Below, one piece after another: positions 15,068-23,619 of a stretch of DNA of 24,000 bases. Each line of letters begins with the position of its first letter. Position 1 is the first letter of the stretch. The notes beneath the pieces were generated by a model. That model saw only the letters and a list, made by a program, of their open reading frames with translations. It did no database searches and was not told where the DNA came from. The DNA comes from Klebsiella phage AmPh_EK29, in the sequence record MN434092.1; one strand, written 5' to 3'. The position numbers and the translations under genes were made by a program.

Positions 15068-15700
15068 ATGTCTAAAGTTACTTACATCATCAAAGCTTCT
15101 AATGACGTTCTGAACGAAAAAACTGCATCAATTCTGATTCAGGTTATCAAAAACAACTACATCACTTCTGCAGAAATTCGTGACCTTCTGTCTGAAACTA
15201 TGAATGCTTCTTCAGTGAACTCCGACATCGGTGTTCTTCTGAAGAAAGGCTTAATCGAAAAATCTGAAGATGGTCTGATTGCTACCGGCGAAGCAATGGA
15301 TATCATCCAGGCTGCGGCAGTTCTTCACGCTGAAGAAAATAAGCCAGAGCTTCTCCAGAAACGCAGAACTCGTAGTGCTCGTGGTGTTACTGAAGAAATG
15401 ACTAAACTGGCTGAAGAAGTTAAAACTATTCTAGAAGCCCGTGTTGATCTCAAAGGTATCATCGAAAACCGTAGCAACTTAGAAGTTCAGTTGGTTAAGC
15501 GTACTAACGGCGTTCGTCAAATCGAAATCCGCCGTGATGGCTCACTTCGTGTCTTTGGCTATAACATGGCCGAGTCTGAGACTAAGGCTTTCACATCTTT
15601 AAGTTCGGATGTTAAGGTCAAAGTGGGTGGCAAAAACACTTACATCGATTTCCCAAACATTACTTCTGAAATGGCTTCAATCATCGCTAACGTATTCTAA
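15068..15700 (+). CDS. motA: MotA-like middle-mode transcription activator
   Basis: ATG 15068 gives MSKVTYIIKASNDVLNEKTASILIQVIKNNYITSAEIRD..., closely matching T4 MotA over its N-terminus. GGAG SD upstream. Confidence 0.95.
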   Translation: MSKVTYIIKASNDVLNEKTASILIQVIKNNYITSAEIRDLLSETMNASSVNSDIGVLLKKGLIEKSEDGLIATGEAMDIIQAAAVLHAEENKPELLQKRRTRSARGVTEEMTKLAEEVKTILEARVDLKGIIENRSNLEVQLVKRTNGVRQIEIRRDGSLRVFGYNMAESETKAFTSLSSDVKVKVGGKNTYIDFPNITSEMASIIANVF

Positions 15701-15707
15701 GGAAAAT

Positions 15708-15863
15708 ATGAAAACTTTCAAAATTACTTTTGAGATGTCCGGTGAAACTCGTATCGCACACATTAAAGCTCGTAACGGCTATGATGCAGTACGCATTTAT
15801 ATGCAGTACTTTGAATCTGCGAAGTTATGTGAAATGATTGTTAGCGTTGAGGAAGAACAATGA
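15708..15863 (+). CDS. hypothetical protein downstream of motA
   Basis: 51 aa from ATG 15708 (MKTFKITFEMSGETRIAHIKARNGYDAVRIYMQYFESAKLCEMIVSVEEEQ), AAGGAAAAT upstream. Confidence 0.7.
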   Translation: MKTFKITFEMSGETRIAHIKARNGYDAVRIYMQYFESAKLCEMIVSVEEEQ

Positions 15864-16039
15864 ATCTTTATCTGATCAAGTACTCTAAAGATGGTATTAA
15901 AGGTTATTGTTACCAAATCCCAGCCAAGAACGAGTTTGATGCATGTGTTCGTCTTGGTCAGGTTTACGGCGATGATAAAATCTATCGCAATGACCTTGTT
16001 ATTGAAGTCGAATCCGTAACTTTATCTGCTAGAGGTTAA
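15860..16039 (+). CDS. hypothetical protein
   Basis: Not in ORF track. ATG overlaps the previous stop. MNLYLIKYSKDGIKGYCYQIPAKNEFDACVRLGQVYGDDKIYRNDLVIEVESVTLSARG* (59 aa). Confidence 0.65.
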   Translation: MNLYLIKYSKDGIKGYCYQIPAKNEFDACVRLGQVYGDDKIYRNDLVIEVESVTLSARG

Positions 16040-16040
16040 T

Positions 16041-16364
16041 ATGAACAAGTTAGAAATCATCAATGAACTTCGTAAGTGTGCTGAGCCAACTCAAGCTGGC
16101 TGGGATGTATGGTACCACGGTGCTTATCTAGGCACTATCGTTAAGGTTAAAGCCGGACAGTACGGCATTTTACGCGATGATGATGCGGCGCCGTTAGGCT
16201 TCAGAACTAACTTCATGGCTGCTATTTCTTCTTATGTTGAAGCCGCTAATAAGGTTCGTATTGCAGATTACATCGAACTTCAAACGGCTCAACCTGTTAT
16301 TCGCCAGATTGGTGAAGCACCTAAGAAAAGTATCTGGCAGAAGATTAAAGGATTCTTTAAATGA
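16041..16364 (+). CDS. hypothetical protein
   Basis: 107-aa ORF, AGAGG upstream. Confidence 0.65.
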   Translation: MNKLEIINELRKCAEPTQAGWDVWYHGAYLGTIVKVKAGQYGILRDDDAAPLGFRTNFMAAISSYVEAANKVRIADYIELQTAQPVIRQIGEAPKKSIWQKIKGFFK

Positions 16365-16522
16365 GTGAACAAGAGATTAATGATCTGATTATGGGCCTGG
16401 TAAAGGATATTAATACCAGAGCCTTGCATAAGTACCAAGTAGGCGACTCTTGGACAATGGCTGATTGTAAACTAGGTGCAGACCACGGTCGCTATGTCAT
16501 TAGAGTCCTTAATGAAAACTAA
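16361..16522 (+). CDS. small hypothetical protein
   Basis: Not in ORF track. ATGA overlap with the previous stop. MSEQEINDLIMGLVKDINTRALHKYQVGDSWTMADCKLGADHGRYVIRVLNEN* (53 aa). Confidence 0.6.
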   Translation: MSEQEINDLIMGLVKDINTRALHKYQVGDSWTMADCKLGADHGRYVIRVLNEN

Positions 16523-16539
16523 CTAACGAGGTCAAATAA

Positions 16540-16743
16540 ATGAGAGTACTGATGACCTCTAGCGAATACTTTAATTCACTAAACCGTTCAGAAAAGGCTC
16601 AAATTAAACGGTTTATAACTGAGCTTGGATATGTCGAAGCACATATGCTGAGCATGCACATCCAAGAATGCGGCCTTGCAAAACGGTTTCACATTTCAAC
16701 CAGATGCTTAAAAGAGGTTATCAAACATTATGCTTCCATTTAA
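16540..16743 (+). CDS. small hypothetical protein
   Basis: 67 aa, ACGAGG upstream. C-terminal [18 protein letters not shown] could be an HTH. Confidence 0.6.
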   Translation: MRVLMTSSEYFNSLNRSEKAQIKRFITELGYVEAHMLSMHIQECGLAKRFHISTRCLKEVIKHYASI

Positions 16744-17191
16744 AGAGCGCTTAGCATTGTTAGACGAAGCCTTAGCGCGCGAAACCCCTGAGAGTCTAGC
16801 TAAAAAATTAGCCTCTTATGGTGGCGAATATACAGAGCAAAATGTTCTGGACGAAGTACCTGAAATCTGTTGGGAAACTGCGTATTGGTACGAAGACCGT
16901 AAGTTCCAACGTCGAATTGTTTCAGCAGCTAATCGCTTCAAATTGAAAGATGGTGGAACTTTAGTTATTCCGGGCGCGCGTCATTATTCTAAGTGTATGG
17001 CAGCTGTGTTGGATGTGGTTTCTGATAAATTAGTTTCAGACCAAGCCGTTGGCGATGACCAAGGCTTCATTGATCAATACAGCAACTATTGGACCCGCAA
17101 AGAAGCTATGATTATTGCCACGTATGCTAATCAGGTGCGTATTGAGCGCGGTGGGCGGGCCGATGAATTATACTCAGAGGACCTTTATTAA
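16730..17191 (+). CDS. hypothetical protein
   Basis: 153 aa, overlaps the previous [26 protein letters not shown] segment. Confidence 0.7.
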   Translation: MLPFKERLALLDEALARETPESLAKKLASYGGEYTEQNVLDEVPEICWETAYWYEDRKFQRRIVSAANRFKLKDGGTLVIPGARHYSKCMAAVLDVVSDKLVSDQAVGDDQGFIDQYSNYWTRKEAMIIATYANQVRIERGGRADELYSEDLY

Positions 17192-17307
17192 TGAATAACT
17201 TGGTAGCGAAGAACGACTTTAACAAGGGCGGTGCTCATAAGGACAAAAAGCGCGCTGCTAAAGATTCCAAACGTAAACAAAAACATAAAGGTAAAGATAA
17301 TGATTAG
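17191..17307 (+). CDS. 38-aa highly basic peptide
   Basis: Not in ORF track. [38 protein letters not shown] (11 K, 2 R, 5 D). Overlaps both neighbours by a few nt. Confidence 0.55.
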   Translation: MNNLVAKNDFNKGGAHKDKKRAAKDSKRKQKHKGKDND

Positions 17308-17560
17308 AGACCGTAAACAAGTAGAAATGGTTATCTACGAAAGCGAAATCTTGACCCGCTTATCTACTGCCAATAAAAGCATTTATTCTGATCTCATCGG
17401 CGAAATTTCTACAGATCTGATGTGGGGTCAGAATGATGATATACTTAAGCATGATGAAGGCGGTACATTTATCGTCATCCCGGTTAACCGCTCGGTAAGC
17501 GAACTTATCGAAGTTATTGATGAGATTATTTCTGAATATGATTTAGAGGATTATTTTTAA
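17300..17560 (+). CDS. arn: Arn-like acidic protein (candidate anti-McrBC DNA mimic)
   Basis: 86 aa from ATG 17300 (MIRDRKQVEMVIYESEIL...). 19 D/E against 7 K/R. C-terminal ...LIEVIDEIISEYDLEDYF and internal FIVIP resemble T4 Arn as recalled. Two genes from asiA, as in T4. Confidence 0.6.
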   Translation: MIRDRKQVEMVIYESEILTRLSTANKSIYSDLIGEISTDLMWGQNDDILKHDEGGTFIVIPVNRSVSELIEVIDEIISEYDLEDYF

Positions 17561-17865
17561 TGAATGTAGCCTATGAACAACTTGAACGTGAACGTGAAGC
17601 CTATGACCTGTTCGAATACTTGGCGTCGAGTATCGTAGAAGAATTCCGTGTAGATATCAAGTTCTACAGGAGCAACGAAGCTGAACCTAAATTCAAGCTT
17701 AATCATGCACTTAAGGCCGACTTCAATAGTGAACCAGGCGGCGTCAGGCTAACCCAGGCTCATCAGACGTATACATTACACGGCCCTTCTCGTAGTGTAG
17801 TTTTTGATGCTCTGAATCGAATCAAAAAGATAAGCCAAAAACATGGGTTTACAATGGTAGTGTAA
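17560..17865 (+). CDS. hypothetical protein (asiA.1 position)
   Basis: 101-aa ORF between the arn-like gene and asiA. Confidence 0.65.
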   Translation: MNVAYEQLEREREAYDLFEYLASSIVEEFRVDIKFYRSNEAEPKFKLNHALKADFNSEPGGVRLTQAHQTYTLHGPSRSVVFDALNRIKKISQKHGFTMVV

Positions 17866-17876
17866 CAAGGTATAGT
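17848..17876 (+). promoter_or_regulatory. putative early promoter for asiA
   Basis: TTTACA (17848-17853), 17 bp, TATAGT (17871-17876). Confidence 0.7.
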
Positions 17877-17918
17877 ATTCGTATACCAAAACAAGTGAGA
17901 TGTCTGTTAAGGAATAGT

Positions 17919-18191
17919 ATGTCTAAGTTTGAAATAGTTTCTGAAATTATTACTATGGCTTCATTACTGATTAAATTTCAACGTGAAGATATTCTGGAAA
18001 ATCGTGAAGGGTTTATTGCATTTTTAAATGAATGTGGGATTAGAAATGAGTTCGGAAGGGAATTAAACTCGGCTAATTTCCGTAAGATGGTAGCCGAGTT
18101 ATCTGATGACGAAAAGAAACAGCTGATTCAAGAATTTAACGTAGGTCATGAAAGCGTATACCGCCATATGGAAATGTACGCTAACAATTAA
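17919..18191 (+). CDS. asiA: AsiA-like anti-sigma70 factor
   Basis: ATG 17919 gives 90 aa MSKFEIVSEIITMASLLIKFQREDILENREGFIAFLNECG...NSANFRKMVAELSDDEKKQLIQEF..ESVYRHMEMYANN, close to T4 AsiA in sequence and length. Confidence 0.93.
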   Translation: MSKFEIVSEIITMASLLIKFQREDILENREGFIAFLNECGIRNEFGRELNSANFRKMVAELSDDEKKQLIQEFNVGHESVYRHMEMYANN

Positions 18192-18848
18192 TCACTTACT
18201 CCTTCCTAAAGCTCTTACAGCCTGTCCGCATATTGATGACAAACGATCTTCTGATATAGTTGGTCGTTTGCCATACCAATACATCTCAACAGCCCCAGAA
18301 TAAATGTTATCCAAGTTAAAATACGGACAAGAAAACATATAAGTCACTTCTTCAGGCTTCTTCTTAGTTGGTAAGAAAACAAATTCATTCTCACTCCAAT
18401 AGTTTCTTCCAGACAAGTGTGTAGTATATTCCGGTGTTGTTTTATCTATAGGATACCCACCTAAGTTTTTAGGATCTACTGTGCTTGGTAATTTTCCTTC
18501 AAAAGCTATTAAATCTACGAAATAGTTTAAGTTCTTTGGCCTGAAATTAAATACTGCACTAAAATCAGCACCACTAGATACATGAACTATTTGAAGTTGC
18601 TCGAGCGCTGTGTTCTCAAATTTAAGCTCTTGAGTTTTTACTAGAATCTCGTTATAACTTTCATACGAACTCTTTACGTATGCATTAGCTATAGCATCGG
18701 ATTTATACCAAATAAAAGTAAGCCCAAATAAGATTACAACTACTATAACTCTGGAAAACAAAAGCTTTCCAGAGGCGTTATCTTTAAACAAGCGGTCGAG
18801 CACCCCAAATAGAATATCCGATATAGGTATAGATATTTTATTGGCCAT
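18192..18848 (-). CDS. t: T4-type holin gp t
   Basis: 218 aa. ISDILFGVLDRLFKDNASGKLL, ALEQLQIVHVSSGADFSAVFNFRPKNLNYFVDLIAFEGKLPSTV and YMFSCPYFNLDNIY match T4 holin. One N-terminal TM. Confidence 0.95.
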   Translation of the reverse strand: MANKISIPISDILFGVLDRLFKDNASGKLLFSRVIVVVILFGLTFIWYKSDAIANAYVKSSYESYNEILVKTQELKFENTALEQLQIVHVSSGADFSAVFNFRPKNLNYFVDLIAFEGKLPSTVDPKNLGGYPIDKTTPEYTTHLSGRNYWSENEFVFLPTKKKPEEVTYMFSCPYFNLDNIYSGAVEMYWYGKRPTISEDRLSSICGQAVRALGRSK

Positions 18849-18864
18849 GTGCCCTCCTCACTTA

Positions 18865-18872
18865 TATTTATA
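18865..18872 (-). promoter_or_regulatory. T4-type late promoter upstream of holin t
   Basis: TATAAATA on the minus strand (TATTTATA on +), exact match to the T4 late promoter -10 consensus, about 17 nt upstream of the t start codon. Confidence 0.75.
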
Positions 18873-19269
18873 GGGCTTCTAACTCTGCTTTAAGCTTCAT
18901 CAGGTCTGCCAAGATGTCATCTTTAGATCTGGTCTTATCTTTTTGCTCTACAATTATTTCTTCAACTTCATCGTTTTCAAATTTAAACTGTCTAGAACTA
19001 AAGTCATCCCAATCTTTAGCAGGGAACTCGTCTAGTTGATAGATGTCTAAAACAATATTGGAATCGCCATACAGCCCAATCATAGAAATATCAGGGCCAC
19101 AGTAGTAATTAATTATTTTTCTTGTAGGTTTATCTACAAGAATTACCGGCTTATTTGGTACAAAGTTCTTGCGGAGTTTATACCAACATTCGCCATTCTC
19201 ATCTTTATAATAAGCCCCGCCATCAAGATTATGAGACCAATTAACATTAAGCGCTTTATTTAAAATCAT
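18868..19269 (-). CDS. tail-fibre assembly/adhesin protein in gene 38 position
   Basis: 133 aa from ATG 19269 (MILNKALNVNWSH...) with GAGGAATT SD. Located between the gene-37-like fibre and t. C-terminus DDILADLMKLKAELEAL resembles tail fibre assembly proteins. Confidence 0.5.
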   Translation of the reverse strand: MILNKALNVNWSHNLDGGAYYKDENGECWYKLRKNFVPNKPVILVDKPTRKIINYYCGPDISMIGLYGDSNIVLDIYQLDEFPAKDWDDFSSRQFKFENDEVEEIIVEQKDKTRSKDDILADLMKLKAELEAL

Positions 19270-19281
19270 AATTCCTCTATT

Positions 19282-19297
19282 AGGGCCCGAAGGCCCT
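19282..19297 (-). other. UUCG hairpin between genes 37 and 38
   Basis: Minus strand AGGGCC-TTCG-GGCCCT, perfect stem, followed by TAATAGAGGAATT (SD). No U-run. Confidence 0.65.
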
Positions 19298-19302
19298 TTC
19301 AA

Positions 19303-22300
19303 TTAAGTTGCAGAATCAATCCACTCTTGACCTTGCTTCCATACTTGGATACGGCCAGCGATTATTCGCATATTCTGGTTAGCTTCGTTACTATCAGCAT
19401 TAAGGCCGATCATTACCCAGCCTGGGTCAACTGTTTTACCTGGTGCTGGTCGGCCAATTGCTCCTATGTCCCACTTAGCACCTGTACGAACCCACTGAGC
19501 GCACTGATTAAACCTGTTGTTTATATATTCAGTGATATATCCGCCGTAAACATCGCCCTGTAAGTTACCGTCAGAATGCAGCGTCCAACGCGCTCCAGGA
19601 CCAGTAATTTGTCCTGAAGCACCGTGGAACTGCCATTCGGTAGAAGCGGCTCGTAAACCCATCATGGTATTATTGTCTTTAGGCATATAGATAACGCCAC
19701 GCTCGCCACCATTAGAATGTCGGAACCAAAGATGTGTCGTGCCGTTATCTGCGGCAGGAGCTTTAACGTCTACGGCACCAACAAAACTACCAATACCATT
19801 ATTACTAACAACATTACCACCTACTTCTAAATTACCGTTAAGAGCCGAAGCTCCAGTAACCCAGAGCGATGTAGTTTTTAACTGACTTCCTGTAATATTT
19901 AAATTACCGGTTACAGTACCACCAGCTAACGGAAGATAAGTATCACCAGCATTACTAATGGCAGAAGCAACCTTGTCATCAACATATTTCTTGTTAGTGG
20001 CTTGGTTATTCTGCGTAGGAGCATCGGCAATTTGAACATACTTGGTAGTAGGAACAATAATACCACCATTGGCATTAATAATACCATTAACAGTTGCTAC
20101 ACTAGAAACGGATAACTGTCTATTGATTTGGGCATTTCCATAAACAGTTTGGTTTCCGTCAGCATCCACCTTGAATATGTCATTAAACGTGTCAGCCGGA
20201 TTAATTTGGTTGTTGGTATTGGTTGATGCCATAACAGTAAACGAGTTAGATTTACTGATAGCCATTTTACCTGGCATACCGTTTTTCTTGACTAAACCTA
20301 TATCAGAGTTTTTACCAAGAACGATCATTCTGTTATCTTCAGAGACGTTCAAGTTGCCTGTGATTTTCGAGTTCTGCGCCTCGAACTCACCACCAACTGT
20401 CATTTTACCGTTCCGATCGATAACTGTAGCTTGGTTCGAGCTGTCACCGTTAGGTCTTAAATGAAGAGCCTGACCAGTTTTTGAGTAGATAACAAAAGCG
20501 CCAGTTGAATTTGAACGAATACCTGGGCCATAAGACCACTCAAGCAATGCTTCACTCGAGCCGTTGGCTTTTACTTTAATGTCAACACTAGAGTTATCAC
20601 CGTAAGGGCGCAATGCAAGGTATTTTGAGTCAGTGGATGAAGAAGCTGACAAAATCAAAGCTCCAATACCATTGCCTTGTCCTTCTCGTATTCTTGCGCC
20701 ATTTTTAAATGTGATAGCCGGATCATTATTTCCAACGCCGTTAACAATCAATCCACCAAAAGTGGCCGTTTGGCCTAAACCTATGTTAAAATTATTTCGG
20801 GCATCATTGGCATTATTAGCTCCGGTACCGCCAGACGAAATTGGTAAAATTCCATTACTATTTGAAGTGGTTACTACTTCTTCCCATACCGACCACTTAG
20901 CAGTAGTCGCAGCAGTAGTTCCTGTCCCAGCACCATATCTAAAGTAGGTTTTGTTGTTACGTCCAGATATAAATGTTTGTTTATTGCGGAAATCTACGCC
21001 TGAGGCTGACCGCATCTTTTCAACAATAACAAGGAAATCACCTTTCAAATTAGTTAAAGCTGGTGGCATACCAGTTATATTAGTGCCAGGTCCTTGAGCT
21101 AAACACGAATATACTCTACGAGTTCCGGCATCATTAGAGTCTAAGAAAAGATCATCGATAGATAAAGTTCTTCCACCAATGTCTTCAGCAACTTCCGGGC
21201 CAAGATAACCACTGTCCATATTAACACGGACAGATCTAATACTCGAAGTATCAAATACTAAATTATTATCAGTTTGGTTATCTGCAGTTCCCCAGCGAAG
21301 AGACCCATCTTTAGCTAAACCAAGTTTACGCTGGAGAGTCGGGGAAGTGCCGGTTAATCTGAATGCAATGGATATATTAGCATCAGAATTTCTCTCAAGA
21401 ATAAGAGGTGTGTGCTGGGTACCTTTAATATAAAGAGATTGCGAATTAGTATTGGTGTCTGCCATATCAATGGTAAGACGGCCGGTCATGGTGTCGCCAG
21501 ATTTGGAAACTCTACTATTAGCATTTCCTGTTAAATCACTCAAATAAGTGTTTAAGTTTCCGCCAAATAAAGTACCGCCTACAATATTGCCATCCGTTTG
21601 GAAAGTTACTGCTTTAGAGTTGTCTGACGGGAATAATACTAAATCCCCAGTGTTTCTAATTTGCGCCAAATGACGCATATTACTGCTATTACCTTCATAG
21701 TTCCAAAAATCAAATCCACCTGGAACGGTCGCAGTATTCGAACGATGGTTAATAAAATCAGTACGACCAGATCCGTTTTCTTTGTTCCAAGATATGTATG
21801 CACCTTGAGAAGGCGGAACATACGCTGCACCACCGCCAGATAATTTTAAAACTCTGCCACTAATGGTATTAGCAGTAATATCACCGCTGATTGTAACATC
21901 AGCACCAAAAGTGCCGCCTCGAGATTTAGATACAAAGTCGTTATCGTCAGCGTTCGGTTTATTTGCTGTACCGTAAAGTTCATTGTAGTTAACATTTCCG
22001 GCCGCAAGACTGCTATTGTTAGCTGCGTATACACGAACTTTAGCACTAGCATAGTCGATATTAATAGCTGACATGGTATCACCAGCATTCATAAAAATAC
22101 CTGAGCCGTGGCTATAAAGGCCGTTTTGAACACTAACACCAGATTTAGTAACACCACGCCAGAAAGTGCCGCCGTATGCTTTTAAACGATTCAGCATATC
22201 CGCATTAGAGACAATATCATTGATAGATTTGCCACCGTTACCGCCCAAGCCGTAAGCACCATTTTCTAAAAGGTTGCCGGTGGATTCGCCGACGTCGCGA

Positions 22301-23610
22301 ATAGCAGCCGTACCTAGACCTAAGTTATTACGAGCAGCCGCAGAAGAAGTACCACCAGTACCACCTCGGCTAATAGGCAGAATACCCTCAGTACCACCGT
22401 CAATGTTAGGCTTGTTAAATTCATCATAGATACGAATAACCGTGCTCTCAACTAAACCTTCCGGCGCAGTTGAAGAAGAGGTGTAACCAGTAGGCAAATA
22501 GTATTCATTATCACCAGCATTAGATAACATGGCAACTTTAACACCACCTATAAATGCGCGCTGCATAAACCACAGTTCTAAACCTTCGGAGGTACGAATT
22601 AAACTATAACGCAGTTGGTTGGTGTCATCAAGTGCCGGATTACCGAGACGACGAATCTGTAGATGATTACGAATGTTACTGCTTGTTAATGAGGTTGGAA
22701 AGTTTCTAGCACTGCAATCTATAAAGTCAACAGAGCTATAGGTACTACCGTAGTTACCGCCGTTAGTCACCATCAGTTGTAAGCGGCTCTGGCTTGACCC
22801 TGGGTCTTTTAAAAGGGCAATTTTTGTCCATTTAGTATCAGAGCCTGTAGTTACAGGGAAATTATCCTGCTTAAGTTGACGCTCGTTTTCTACATTAGTC
22901 AGAAGAGTACCACCTTTACCCGGGCCTTTTCCACCCATAGCATAATAAACTTGGTAATTTCTGAAGGTCAGATTACTATCATTAGTTAATTGAAGAACCC
23001 CAGAGCCTCTCAAGTTTTTAATGTAAGCGTCATTAGCACCTACGCCCATTTCTAAAGTAAGAGTAGACCCGTTTGAAATTTTTACAGTCTTATTAGTAGT
23101 TAATCTTAAATCACCAGGAAGAGTAGTACTACCCGAACTGTCAAGCAGGACCAGTTTTCGGGCCTCTACATTACCGGCCCCACGCTGTACAAACTGGATG
23201 GTTTCAACGCCATCGTCAATAGTACCGATTTCAAGAATACCACTGTTGCTTGTACCACCTGCACCGATGTACCACCCATCATTAGTGGCGCATTTGCCTA
23301 CGATATGCCGAGTTATTTCACCACTTAAATCAGTAGTTTCAAAACTGATCGATTTATTCGGAGCAACAGTAACATTATCTTTTAATGTAGTAGTTCCATC
23401 AACATTGAGAGTACCGGAGGTATCTAAAAACGGAACACCTTTACCAGCTAACTGTACTACTTTGTCATTTTCATCTTTAGTATAAATGGCAAGAGTACGC
23501 CCATGGGTATTCAACGCGATTTCGCCACGGGCTACGATATCGGCACTAGGTGCTTTATTCTCTGTACTGCTTCTTTTAAATTGTATTTGTTTTAAGTTCT
23601 GATCGGCCAT
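19303..23610 (-). CDS. 37: large distal long-tail-fibre subunit, gp37-like
   Basis: 1435 aa. Repeated fibre motifs: LPISRGGTGGTSSAAARNNLGLG, SKSGDTMTGRL, LPISSGGTGANNANDARNNFNIGLG, LPLAGGTVTGNLNITG. Located between gene 36 and gene 38 positions. Confidence 0.9.
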   Translation of the reverse strand: MADQNLKQIQFKRSSTENKAPSADIVARGEIALNTHGRTLAIYTKDENDKVVQLAGKGVPFLDTSGTLNVDGTTTLKDNVTVAPNKSISFETTDLSGEITRHIVGKCATNDGWYIGAGGTSNSGILEIGTIDDGVETIQFVQRGAGNVEARKLVLLDSSGSTTLPGDLRLTTNKTVKISNGSTLTLEMGVGANDAYIKNLRGSGVLQLTNDSNLTFRNYQVYYAMGGKGPGKGGTLLTNVENERQLKQDNFPVTTGSDTKWTKIALLKDPGSSQSRLQLMVTNGGNYGSTYSSVDFIDCSARNFPTSLTSSNIRNHLQIRRLGNPALDDTNQLRYSLIRTSEGLELWFMQRAFIGGVKVAMLSNAGDNEYYLPTGYTSSSTAPEGLVESTVIRIYDEFNKPNIDGGTEGILPISRGGTGGTSSAAARNNLGLGTAAIRDVGESTGNLLENGAYGLGGNGGKSINDIVSNADMLNRLKAYGGTFWRGVTKSGVSVQNGLYSHGSGIFMNAGDTMSAINIDYASAKVRVYAANNSSLAAGNVNYNELYGTANKPNADDNDFVSKSRGGTFGADVTISGDITANTISGRVLKLSGGGAAYVPPSQGAYISWNKENGSGRTDFINHRSNTATVPGGFDFWNYEGNSSNMRHLAQIRNTGDLVLFPSDNSKAVTFQTDGNIVGGTLFGGNLNTYLSDLTGNANSRVSKSGDTMTGRLTIDMADTNTNSQSLYIKGTQHTPLILERNSDANISIAFRLTGTSPTLQRKLGLAKDGSLRWGTADNQTDNNLVFDTSSIRSVRVNMDSGYLGPEVAEDIGGRTLSIDDLFLDSNDAGTRRVYSCLAQGPGTNITGMPPALTNLKGDFLVIVEKMRSASGVDFRNKQTFISGRNNKTYFRYGAGTGTTAATTAKWSVWEEVVTTSNSNGILPISSGGTGANNANDARNNFNIGLGQTATFGGLIVNGVGNNDPAITFKNGARIREGQGNGIGALILSASSSTDSKYLALRPYGDNSSVDIKVKANGSSEALLEWSYGPGIRSNSTGAFVIYSKTGQALHLRPNGDSSNQATVIDRNGKMTVGGEFEAQNSKITGNLNVSEDNRMIVLGKNSDIGLVKKNGMPGKMAISKSNSFTVMASTNTNNQINPADTFNDIFKVDADGNQTVYGNAQINRQLSVSSVATVNGIINANGGIIVPTTKYVQIADAPTQNNQATNKKYVDDKVASAISNAGDTYLPLAGGTVTGNLNITGSQLKTTSLWVTGASALNGNLEVGGNVVSNNGIGSFVGAVDVKAPAADNGTTHLWFRHSNGGERGVIYMPKDNNTMMGLRAASTEWQFHGASGQITGPGARWTLHSDGNLQGDVYGGYITEYINNRFNQCAQWVRTGAKWDIGAIGRPAPGKTVDPGWVMIGLNADSNEANQNMRIIAGRIQVWKQGQEWIDSAT

Positions 23611-23619
23611 GGCTACCTC

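Noticed and set aside
19327-23485. Plus-strand ORFs opposite the gp37-like gene (78-104 aa)
   Set aside because: Overlap a well-supported 1435-aa CDS on the other strand; proline/leucine-rich shadow ORFs without supporting RBS or homology.
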